In this document: positions 12,851-25,253 of the stretch, piece by piece
Position numbering within the stretch: the stretch's first letter is position 1
Layout of the letters: each line of letters starts with the position of its first letter
Origin: Ylistrum balloti
Taxonomy: Eukaryota
Reading direction: 5' to 3'
NCBI RefSeq assembly: GCF_031769215.1
Contig: NW_026782083.1
Location: 620,001-684,000, forward strand
DNA: 64,000 nt
The notes under the pieces: model-generated
The model's input: the letters and a program-made list of their open reading frames with translations, nothing else
What the model was told of the DNA's origin: nothing
Databases searched by the model: none
Position numbers and translations under genes: made by a program

Positions 12851-15010
12851 TTTTGTTTTTGTCGTTTCGACATTGCCGTAGGTCTGAGAGCGTATATTTT
12901 CTACCTAAGATCTGATTCAATACGATTGTTAAAAACTTCGTCAAAGTGAGCCATGGGTGTGGGATAACTGATATCATTAGGAAAGTACGTTTCATTATCA
13001 TTTTGGGAAGGAAACGTGACCGATTAAAGTTGTAAAATCCCATTTTTCATAGTAAATGAATAGTCTTGCCCAGAATACCAGGCTTGGTTATTTACAGAAC
13101 AAAGTTGGCGCTATTGCATCAGTGATTGCAGGGCTATTCCCTTCTCATTTGCAATTTCTTGTTTTATAGGTCCAGAACATTTTACTACATGGGCGTTAAA
13201 ATCTCCGATCATAAATACCATGACGTCATTTGTGTATTTGTTGTAAAGAATCTCCAAACTTCGAGATTGTTTCAGTGATCGTCTTTGCTACAGTTAGTGG
13301 AAGGCATCAACACACCGATTATAGATACATTCATTTTATTACAGTGCTAATCAATCGGTAGATGCAGTCCATTGCTGTTAATGTAAGACTCTGTGTTTGC
13401 CGATACCACCGTACCCTGTTACACGTGATCGCTCCTCGATCTCTATCGATATTTGGCTATCTGTCAAGTCAACGACTGAATTGGATGTCGATGGTGTCTA
13501 AAAAGTATGTTTGCTCGGGAAGCAACAGCAGAATGCGTATACAAAATCGAATGTAAGAACTGCGACGTATCGAGAAACGGGCAGGATATTCGTCTTTTGG
13601 CCATTTCTTTGCTCTCTCCAAATTCGTTGTTAATTTTCTGGAGTGCCCGTTCAGGATATGTACATGTTTTCATTAATCTATGGATATGATGTTATTCTTG
13701 CTTCTCGATCTGTTCTGATTCACATCTGTCGCGCAAAGTTCATACAACGCCCGACTTCTGGTGCGAGGGCGGTGCCATCGGAAGTTAGGATATTGGTTCG
13801 TGTGCGTCTATTTCCTATACACTAATACTTTGATACTACCGTCACCTTTCTTTCCTTGGATGGTGTCAAGGATTGTCATAATGGCATCGATTTCTTCTTC
13901 ATAGGTGAACTTGATGCCGTTGGTAATGTCTATGGTATTTATATGCGCAGTCAAATCCTTCTCTGACCCTTTCGTTACTCTTTTCAATGTCATCAACAAA
14001 CCGTTTTCAGAGGCTTGCAATTATACGGTAGCAGCAGTGGCTACAGCCTCATTCCCAAGTGTCCAGTAAATAAGTTGGTCACAATCGTTGACATTGGGTT
14101 GCTCATGGCTGTGTAAGATCGATCCTAACAGTTGGTTTATGTTGTTGTAATAGGAGATTGATGGGTTTTTTTATTTCGCCATTACAGGTCTTTCTCTAAG
14201 TCAATGAGTGTGTTGGTGAAATGAATTTTGATCGTTTTGGATGAAAACAGCAGGCATGCTTTCTGCAAGGCCTTTCGTGTTTTTGACACGGTATTCTGAT
14301 TTCCCCACCAGGGGTTATAGAATGGTTGCTGGTGACCTGGATACATTGTAACCATTGACACCATATAGTCCACTGTAGGTTGTAATTGGTTCCCATCTCT
14401 GTGGACCTTGGTGTGCCTTACATTTTAGGTGTGTTCTTGTTGTGGGATAGAGATGTCAATATGACTATTCAGTGATCTATTTTTTTTTTTTTAAACTTGT
14501 GGTTAGGGTTTTTTATATGTCTTGTTGTCTTCGATCATACCTTTGTTTTCATATTCCATATTTCATGTCCATGACGACAGTGACTTTCCCTTGTCTGCTA
14601 TTAAAATCATATATCTTTTCTTCGCTTAATTGTTTAAATGCAATGCGTTCTCCCTTTGCTGTTTGTAGATGCTGAGATATCAGTTTATCAATCTAAAGTC
14701 TGTCCGTCCTATGGCTACAATAAAATCATCAACTGCAATGTTGTCTTCCCAAATCAATACCGTACCCGAATTGATGCCTTTCACAGAAAAAAATGTCCAT
14801 CAACCCTTGCGAATGAAATATGCGGGAATTCATATTGATTATGTTGAAATAACATCTAAGTGTGTATTCAACAAAGATTATTTGTACAAAGCATTAAAGT
14901 TTCTATGCAAGCCACGACTATAGTGCGCCATCACGGTTACACTGCTACGCACATGACGCCACTAAAAACCGCAAGGTGCTCGAAAGAAATTCCGTAAATG
15001 CTCTTCGTGC
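12850..15010 (-). mobile_element. Decayed Penelope-like element: RT and GIY-YIG endonuclease remnants
   Basis: ADKG/VTVVMD segment at about 14560-14620. IKFTYEEEIDAIMTILDT...DGSIKVLVYRK*THTNQY at 13780-13920 is the PLE RT C-terminus. C..K.I.ET-type GIY-YIG remnant at about 13240-13310, PAITD at about 13120 and terminal YQLSHT at about 12960. Many stops and frameshifts. Confidence 0.82.
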
Positions 15011-17769
15011 CATGAAAGCTGATTTTGCTAGTCATTGATTGTCTGTAAATACTAATGATTCTGACATAATGTTGTTAGTTGTTTGCTTTTTGCTTTTTAT
15101 TCGTATTGACAATGACCACAATTTTTTTAGACTAGATTCTAATGAGCCCAACAAAATAAACCTTAGCCCTAAGTAGATTAAGTTTATTTTCATATCACTG
15201 CTTTGCACCAAGTTGTGATCCCTACTGAAAGAGCTAAAGCATTGCTGAACCTAAGAAGATGGACATCAATCATAACTGATAATAAACACTTGTTTGTATG
15301 TCCAATGTAAAATTGTAAACCTGAATCTGAAAAAAGGTGCAATGTCTTGGTCAGACAATGCAGCCATTAACTTTCATCTTTATTGATACGTGTACCAGTA
15401 ATTATTGAAAAAGAATCAGTTTTCAATATAAGGCATTCTTTCATATTACAGACTATACCCATACCTGTTTTTGACTCTAATTGATTATCTCCCTCTTATC
15501 TTCCCTTGATAATAATAGTGACCAGATTGATATATTTAGAACGGCTTTTCAATACATCACAATAAGCAGCAACCGTAAACATGAACATGTATTTGTGTCA
15601 GGGAACACCAACTTTGTCAGTTATAAGATAGGTATAAGAAGGGAGTGAAATAGAAACATTTCATATAATACATTAATTTTGGAAGGTATTTATACGTGTA
15701 GGTCTCTGATATGAATAAATAGGATTGTTTACATATATCCAAAACTTTAATATCCACATATTGTCACTCCGCATTGATAACCTGGACCAAGTGGTGACAA
15801 TCAATCAATTCAAGCTCATGTAACATTTTGTGCTTCTGTCGATGTGAGACATGTGATCAGTTTGTACGAAGCCATTTATTTATGTAATCAGAAGTTAATT
15901 CCACTGTACCCAACTGTCTTTTAGTCATCTACCTTCCCTAATGGCATGTGTACAGAAAAAAAAATCCATACAGGTTGAAAAGGGGAAATTTTTTTTTCAT
16001 TCAGATCCATAACAATTCAAACATACAGCATGCTCTTCTTCATTTATTATGATTCAATTTTAGTATCTTTGTAAATTTTAATTGTTCCTAATTTGAGATT
16101 TTATTGGTCTTTTTTTCTCAAATCAAATCACTATATATTTTTAATCTCGTGAAATGTTTATGCAGTGTTGTAACTTATGGAAATATTAATATGTAATTAT
16201 TTCGTGTTACTTTATATCTGAATAATGTATATACCCATTAAATGAAGTTAACAACTGAAAGGAAGATTTGAATTTATTAACATACATCTCTGAGTCTTGA
16301 TCGATTATTTCGTAATTCTTAAAATAAATTATAAACCAATTCAATGTCAAACTTTAATTTATGTGTATAGCTACAACACAATTGAGTGATTCAGATATCT
16401 TGTTATTTGAAAATATATTTGATTTATGTTACATACATTGTAAATAAGCTTTTCCTTACCTGCTATGAAGCAAATAGTCTCTTGGTGGAAAAACTAAAAT
16501 TATACAAAAAGCTATATCTGTTTGTACCTAATTTTCTTAAGGTAGTGTTTGATGTGACTATCAAGCATGCTATCAAACATGTCTTTGAAAATTCACAGAT
16601 AACCTTCAAACTGGTGAATACTCAGAAAATGACTTGACCTACAAAATAGATTTGAATTTAAATATTTACAAGAACTCACTTATAATCACCAAAGTGAAAT
16701 ACATATCTATGTAATCTTAAGTTGTTATTCTCTCTGATAATTTTTTCTCAATTTGGATTTGTAATTATTAATTTTGATCAGGTTTAAATGTTTGAAGCCT
16801 CATACTTCTTTGTCCTTCAATGAATAGCAAATAAAGGTTAATGAAAAAAAAATGCATTTATTTTTTAATATTTTGAATGTCTGGATGAAATTGTAGTCAA
16901 CACAATATATCTGGTACACTATGCCTAGTTCTAAGAGGTTGGCAAATTGGTATCCATGCACCTTAAAAGACATCAAAATAAAATTGTAAAAGGATTATCT
17001 TTTTCAAATATCTATAACATTACTGAATCCATATACAAGAAATTTTGGTTAAAGGTACAACATCAGTTTCTGGTTACTATGCCTACATATCTGAGACTGA
17101 CAAATTGTTATTTACAACATATGTATGATTTACTAGTTACGTTAAGTTGCTTTCAATTTTATTTTGACGAATTTTAAAAAACACAGACCATGTCAATGCC
17201 GGATTCACGTTCAATATATATTAGAGCATACTCTATATTTAAAATAATTAGATAATACAAGGATGTTTTGCTATACTTAAATGTATATTTACACTTACAT
17301 GCGTGAACAATATGTGACGTAATGTCGAGCGGCGTACAGCTATTACTGTGCACGGCAGCGCCTATCTTCATTGTCATATTTACAGTAAAATTATGAGGAA
17401 ATCCATATTATATGGTTCTAAATAAATTCTTGCTGAAAAATCCTGTATTTCGACATAAGCTATTGAAGTGTCTGTTTTATCCTTTTTCTCGTTGAGTGTA
17501 AATTTGGGTACACGCACCCAATTTGATACCAGAAGTGCCAACATATCATATTTACCGTTCTATTAACAACACTCCGTCTTCAAGTCCAACAAAACACACG
17601 CAGATGAAGTTCTTGATCACTCTTTTTCAAAATAAAATAAATATTTGGAAATTTATCAGCGGCAAACGAAAAATTAAGGTAAACCATTAAAAACTAAAAC
17701 TGTCGTCTAGATGGCTGACCAATACCCCCCCGTTATGTTCTTGATCTACACTAAACACTCATGTTTGTC

Positions 17770-18225
17770 AGGGCGACGAAACCTATTTTATAATGTTTGG
17801 CATCCCCTAATAACCCTATATACCAAATTTGGTCAAAATTGGACAATATCTAAATTTTGACCATTCAGAGGCCAGAATTGTGTTTCCGCGGTAACAGTTT
17901 GGGAAGCGTCTAATATGTCCAATTATTGGCCTTACTGAATTACATCTTTTTACTAAGTTTGAATACAATCGGTCAAATAACTGAGGAGTTATGGACATTT
18001 ATTAGAAAACTTGTTTATAGTGACCAGTTACCATGGCAACCAAAATTTTCAAAAAAACAAAGGGGCATGCATATCTACACATGATCCTTAATATTCCTGT
18101 AAAGTTTCATCAAAATCGGTTCACAGGTTTAGGAGGAGTTAGCCGGACAAAATGTGTCTACAGACGGACGGACGGATAACCTGATTCCAGTATACCCCCT
18201 AACTTCGTTGCGGGGGTATAATTAG
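17770..18225 (+). mobile_element. Non-autonomous Helitron/Helentron-associated element with (GACG)n core and 3' hairpin
   Basis: cagacggacggacggataac microsatellite, then gattccagTATACCCCC-taacttcgttgc-GGGGGTATA hairpin at about 18189-18220. A remnant of the same end is at about 21497-21520. Confidence 0.7.
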
Positions 18226-18329
18226 TATAATTTTGGATAGCGTCTCGTTAGGACGATAGAATAATTCAAACCATTAGCTAGTAGTGGTTTGTCAATATCT
18301 GTAAGCTGTTTATTAGCTATATAATCACA

Positions 18330-18850
18330 CAATTGCTTTCATTCGAATTCCCGTCTGTTATTTTGCTATTACTCATAAATTCCTCTGTCAGTCGTTTCAA
18401 ATTCGTTATATCGCCCTTTTTGGTCGTGTTGAACGGTTTTTCCCCAATGCACTTTATACGCGTGTTCATGTCCCAGAAAATGTCAGTTCTTAAACGCTTA
18501 GTAAGCTTATCGGTGAGTAGCGTTTTCTCGCTTTTAAAAGGCGCCAATGTTGTTGTTAATAACGTAAATTGTTTCCCTTTTGATGGATTGGTCGACATCT
18601 TATATGGAGATATGAAAGTGTTATATTTAAGCAAACACAAGATAATTTTTCTGTCTCGTTAACTTCCTTTCAAGGCCCTCAAGCTTTCGCACATCTCTGA
18701 CAACAAATTTTCTATACATAGCTCGGATATTTCCGAAAATGTTCTTCTGGTTAGTAATGTCAATAAGATAGAACATACGGTAACAAAACCAGTAGAGAAT
18801 TTGAGTTTGACGTGTCAATAACTAAAGGGTCTCCTTCATCAGATACAAAG
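18330..18850 (-). mobile_element. 5' part of a Penelope-like ORF, probably the missing N-terminus of the 12850-15010 element
   Basis: NIFGNIRAMYRKFVVRDVRKLEGLERKLTRQKNYLVFA*MCL...KSEKTLLTDKL resembles the N-terminal region of PLE ORFs as I recall them. Same strand and correct order relative to the RT part. Confidence 0.6.
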
Positions 18851-19435
18851 ATATAGAAGTTAAAAAATCGGGACTCGAAAATTATTTCGTCTCAAACAGA
18901 ATTTCGACTCAAGCGATTTCGAGACAACGAGTTTCAACGATGGACGTAATCAATAATTTTTTGTTATTTAAAGACAAAACGTCATCAATATATCTGAAGG
19001 TGAAATTAAACGACTTTGCATGGTCTTTGTGACCTGTTTTGATAAGCTCTTCAATAACAAAAAACAAGTCAACCAACAGATGGGTCGCATGTGGTTCTCA
19101 ATGCCAATGGTCTCTTGAAAAATCTTACAAAAGTAGGGAAATATCATTTATCATTAAGATATGGACTCGCTACATGCATTTCCTTCAATGGCATAATAAA
19201 GGTTATATAGTATTACCCACGTCATACCATAAGTCATACAGTAACATTATAGAAAATATTGCTCGCACCATATACAGTACAATGATATGAAAAACATGAC
19301 AATAACGGCAATTTAAAACACATTTTAAAAAGAAGTATACAGCACATCCATTCATTTTCACATGTTTACATTCGCACACCAATACCAAAGCATTAAAGAG
19401 TAGAATCAAGCTTTCATCTAATCTTTTGATTGCAG

Positions 19436-22400
19436 AGTGTGTTCGACTGAAGGAGCCCCTGATAGCCTGTCTATTCATATTCATGGCGACGGCGATGAAG
19501 ATGAAGGAGAACACCGCACCTGTCTGAGGAGAAATGCTTTACTAATACTGGTGGTTATTGGTGTTGTCACAGGGTTCGGACTTGGGTTCGGACTCAGATC
19601 AGCAGACTTATCAGCCGACGCTCTAATGTGGTTGGGTACATCGGCAGTTGAACTGCAGATACATTATTACATGACACAGGGACCTGTGAATCTGTGACAA
19701 GTGTATTTTAGATATATTGCTCAATAGACACAGAGGTCTGATAACCTGTCCTATCGCTGTAGCAGATATATCACTATATAGTACACAAGTACATACGAAT
19801 TCGTTACGTTTGTAATGCAGATAGATTGATATATTCTCACGAATTGTGCATAAAATAAGACGAAAGAAGTTATTTATTAAGTTACCAAACAAAACAAAAA
19901 TCAAAATAGCTTAATTCATGCGGATACATTGTTCTATCCGAGAAGGATTCAGTTATTATTTATCTCTATTCGTGCAGGTTTACCAGGAGAAATGTTCATG
20001 AACTTGCTTAAAATGACCATAATACCTCTCATCGCAGGCAGCATTATAGCAGGTAAAGTTTTGTGTGGTAACAAGTTATACCTGTATTAAGCATACCTGT
20101 AAATCGTTATGTCATCATCTTATCAAACATAAATTACACAAAATATACACTATAAATATAAAGTCTGAGTAAGAGAATAACCAAGGAAATGAGAATCCGA
20201 ATGTTATTAAAATGCTTCGTCACTACTTAATAATTAGTGGTGAAATCCTTTGTGTGATCAGTTAAGCTTTCATTATCGAAGTTTTCTCTATAAATATGGT
20301 TAAGACATGATATATATACTAGTTTACCTTCAGGTACAGCAACATCTGATCCCAAATCCAACGGTCGAATCAGCATCCTCTCTATAACTTTCATCGTGAT
20401 GGCCAACTTGTTTGGTGCTATTATGGGAATCTTGGCCTTCTCCACTTTAAGTTTGGGTAAGTAGTCATAGGACAATCAACTACAATCCCATCACTGAAAC
20501 CAATCCTGATTATAGTCATTTTCTGTCTGATGTTCAGAGACTGCTCTCAATTTCGATACCTTTGATTTCGGCATCATTGTATCCCTTGTTTTAATCATAT
20601 CCCCTGCTATTCCTTCGTCTGTGTTATGATCAATGTGTCATATTTTATCATTGTATATCATAAAGCTTGATCAATATCCCTTCATCCTACAGGTCTCTAC
20701 CTAAAGTATTTTTATTTTAGTATTGTTATATTAAATTTGTCAGGTGGCGACACCATCAGCCCAAATGTGCAGAGTAGGTCCAGTCCAGATTCTCAACACC
20801 TACAAACACAGGATATGTTCGCCGACTTACTACGGTACACAGCCGACAGTGGTGTGATATGACACTTCCTCATAATGTCACATTATTGGGCTTTTACACC
20901 TAAAAATTAAAACAAAAATCATTATTAAACTTTTTCATTTAATTTTCTTCATATTTCAATGTAAAAAGTCAATCCGATCATTTTAGTGTCTACATTGCTT
21001 CTGTCACGTCTTTGACGTTTTACGTCCCCATAGTTCCCATAGTTCAATGTGTCCTCTAAATTCTAACGTGATTTTCAACTTTGTCGAAAAATCACATATG
21101 ATTTTTACATGACTTGGTTAACAACCTCCTGTAGAGACTTGTTTTTGATTGATTTAAGCAAAACTTCCTTTTGTACTTAGATTTCATACAGAGTTCCAAT
21201 GTATTGCAGGCATTGTCTTTAAATACAGGCCAAAATATGACAATTTCTAGTTGTATTTGTGATTGTCGTTCAAATTACTACAATCAACCACATTCACTTA
21301 CTTGTTGCTCAGTTTTTTGTCGCCGATAAACTGTCATGATTTTGAAATCGGCTGTTAGAAGCATTCCATTAAAAACAACATAATTAAAAGGGCTTATTTC
21401 TTTACAGAAATATCATACCGGATAACATTATTACTACGACCTTTCAAAAAGTAAGTACTTTACTTCAACTTGTTAAAGACATGCGTATTTCTCCAGACTG
21501 ATTCCAGTATATCCCCCATCACAACTTTTAGTCAGTAGGGATTGATTGTTGTTTTTTATTTGTTTTAACTTCAGACATCTCTTTGAATCAAATCCGCTCT
21601 GATAATTTTAATATTCTAAATTTGTTCTTAACGATTTTGTGTTATAAAGGCCCAGACCCGATACACTAGTACAGTCTCTGTGGCGGAAAATAACGGGAAA
21701 AACGTCACAGTACAGGTCTTTGTTCGTCATGTGGGAGTGGCCAACAGCACAAATGTATTAGGTAAGTAGTCAATTGTCTTAGGACCATATCCGTACACAT
21801 GTAACGATACAGGTTTTAATATGTCACGTTACCGTGTTCACTTGTTACAAACCTTGTATGGTAATGTAATGTTGTGAACATGCTAAAGATTATTGAATTA
21901 ACTGTGACAGAGAAAGGTAAGGAAAGCATGAACAGCTGGACTGAATTGGAAAATGTATAAATAATTTTAAATTGAAATTGTTATGCTTATATTAATGCTT
22001 AGTGATTTTGTTTCAAAAACCTAGGGTTTCAAGAGATGCAGAATGAAGATTATGGGAAATTTTAATGGTCATTATTGACAAGGTCTCATTGTATTTGCTT
22101 GTGTGATATTTAGTTAATCCTATTCGATGTTCGTTAGTATGCCTAGTGGTTTCGTTGTTGGTTACCTTGCGTTATTTGGGAACATGACATTATTTACCCT
22201 TCCAAAAAGCCTGGTCTTATTCTCTCTTTTTTTTTTAAGATCTGTGAGTTGTTATTTTGCTGATTTATCAGGTGTAGTTTTCACGCTGTTGTTATTATAG
22301 GCAGGACTTTGAGTATCGGTCTATTAATCATCTCACATTTTAGGATTGGGAACGATTGGTCTTGATCTACAATATGATTTATCATAATAATGACGTTTTA

Positions 22401-25218
22401 TCGTTTCGGTCCCCAGGAGTGATCCTGATCTCGGCTGTGGTTGGGTTGGCCGCCAGCACCGTAAAGGAATCATCCACTAACTTTGTTCCATTCTTCCAGG
22501 CCACATCCAATATCTTCAACCGAATCATGAGGTGGTTTGTTTGGTAAGTAGTTTTATGGTTTTTTTTCTTGATAGAAACGTAAGGAAGCTTGTTTATGCT
22601 GTTAAATTTGATCTTCCTCCATTGACTTCATTTTTTTGTTTTTGTATTTTTTTGTTTTTTTGTTTTGTTTTTTTTTTTTTGGGCGGGGGGGGGGGGGGGG
22701 GATTATTACCAGTTGCAAATTAAAGAAATACATCTGGTTGATATCCACGAATACATCACAGTTTTGTCCGCTTTTTGTACAAGGAATTGTTTATTTGATC
22801 TAGGTCAACCCCTGTGGGCGTGGCCAGTATGATTTGTGTATCTATACTCCGGGTGGAGAGCTTAGAGGACACGTTTAGAAGCCTTGGCATGTACCTCATC
22901 ACTTTCACAGTAGGGAACCTCATACAACAGCTCTTGCTCATACCCTCCATCTACTTCTTGGCAATACGGAAGAACCCTTTTACATTCCTCCTGAGTACAG
23001 CACGGACCTGGATGACAGTATTCGGTCCTTCCAGCTCGTAAGTAAGAACAATGAACGGGGGATTCCATTCACGTCCCTACTGAGCACAGCACGGTCTTGA
23101 ATGGTTGTATTGTGTCCTCCTAACTTGTAAGGGTAATCAACGGAAGGCCGATGGCGATATTAATGTGCTTAATACCATTTAGTATGAATGAATGTTTTGT
23201 TTGACTTTTTTGTTCTTGTTTTGAGAATTTGATATTATGCTAATGAGATCAATATCAAGTTGTGAACATTTTACTCTATTTAATCACCCGAGCTTTAAAA
23301 ATACAGCTGTAATTGTCTTAAGTGAGTTTAATTTACAAGTTAGTGTCCTCTGGTATTACCAGAAACATAGCTTATACCGAGTAAGGAGAACCTGCTTTAA
23401 AATCTTCCGGAATGCCTGGTCGGAGCTTCTGTGTAGTTTTGCCATAATTTCAACAGCTTGAAAATTTTGATTACATGTAGAATATGACAGAGTAGGACTA
23501 AAGAGTGAATTAAACTGCATCACTCAACCTATCACATTTAGAACTCGTGAGTGATGACAGTTGCCTTAACTGAACCAAGAAAACGTAATAGGGAAATTAT
23601 TTTATCTCATATATTGTATAATAAAAAACAATAAATTTCGCATCATGCCACTGCTTACACAATTTAAACTTTCGGTACGTGGCTGACTTTGATCGTTTTC
23701 AGATCCTAATTGCTGGCTGCCTCTCCATGTACCTCACAACTGTTTTCTAAACAGATAAAAATCTGATCGAATTATCTGTTAACTGCATTCAGCAAATATA
23801 TAGGACCTGTTGAATTTACCAGCATGGTGATAGATTGCCATACAAAAGAGAATATATTTTCCCTCTTTATTCTAAGGTTATAAACAATTTGAAATTCCAA
23901 TCGACATTTTATTTACATTTGGATTTCGATCATTAAGGTTACTTTTTTTGATTATTAGTATTATTTATGTTGAAATCTTTCCATTTAGTTTAGTGGGTAT
24001 GCCTGAAATAATCACAGTCTGCGAGGAAGCCCATCACGTTGACAAGCGAGTGTCCAGCTTTGTCATTCCATTCAGCGTCACACTGTGTAGAGCCGGAAGC
24101 AGTTATTTCATCAGTCTTTCTGCATTGTTTATCATCTCTATGAACGGGCAATATCCTTCCGTTTCTGAAGTCATAATGATTGGGTAATTAATTGTAGACA
24201 AGTTGTTTTTTCGTTTATTTTGCTATTGTTGAATTTCTCATTACATAGGTTATCCCCCTAATTGCATTATGTAAGTCATACTTTGAATAATTAGTGCAAA
24301 AAAGTGAAGATATTTTCTGTTACTTCAGAATAATATTCTCAGCTAATAGCAAAACAATATACACCTACACATAGAGTTGGATTATCTTTGTTCAGTAAAT
24401 ATACACCTACACATAGAGTTGGTTTATCTTTGTTCAGTAAATATACACCTACACATAGAGTTGGATTATCTTTGTTCAGTAAATATACACCTACACATAG
24501 AGTTGGATTATCTTTGTTCAGTAAATATACACCTACACATAGAGTTGGATTATCTTTGTTCAGTAAATATACACCTACACATAGAGTTGGATTATCTTTG
24601 TTCAGTAAATATACACCTACACATAGAGTTGGATTATCTTTGTTCAGTAAATATACACCTACACATAGAGTTGGATTATCTTTGTTCAGTAAATATACAC
24701 CTACACATAGAGTTGGATTATCTTTGTTCAGTAAATATACACCTACACATAGAGTTGGATTAACTTTGTTCAGTAAATATACACCTACACATAGAGTTGG
24801 ATTATCTTTGTTCAGTAAATATACACCTACACATAGAGTTGGATTATCTTTGTTCAGTAAATATACACCTACACATAGAGTTGGATTATCTTTGTTCAGT
24901 AAATATACACCTACACATAGAGTTGGATTATCTTTGTTCAGTAAGTGTTTGTGGATGATATTTTTCGCACGACTTGCCCTGATACCAACATGAATGTGTC
25001 ACATGACATGTCACGTAATTAAAGAGCCACATAGCATCTAGTCTTGTTTTACGTTTTATAATCGAGTCAGGATCTGTTCTATAAGGAATCGTCGGAGACT
25101 AACAGTACACCTAATGATGTACAAAAGCGTCTATTCAGGAAGTAAGACAGTTTAAAATAAATATCAGTAACTTACATTCACTGTTCAGATGTTAGTGATG
25201 ATGATTATGATGATGATT

Positions 25219-25253
<35 letters not shown>

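Noticed and set aside
17299-17318. Candidate SLC1A-B start exon ATG CGT GAA CAA TAT GTG AC|gtaatg (phase fits 19436)
   Set aside because: Too short and unconstrained to separate from chance, and it lies between the two PLE pieces. It needs cDNA evidence.
22683-22700. Long G runs (also 9538-9552) and a C run (43141-43153) as G-quadruplex elements
   Set aside because: Simple homopolymers that are error-prone in assemblies; nothing supports function.
24377-24993. 128-aa and 201-aa repetitive ORFs
   Set aside because: Translations of the 42-bp intronic minisatellite; no coding signals.
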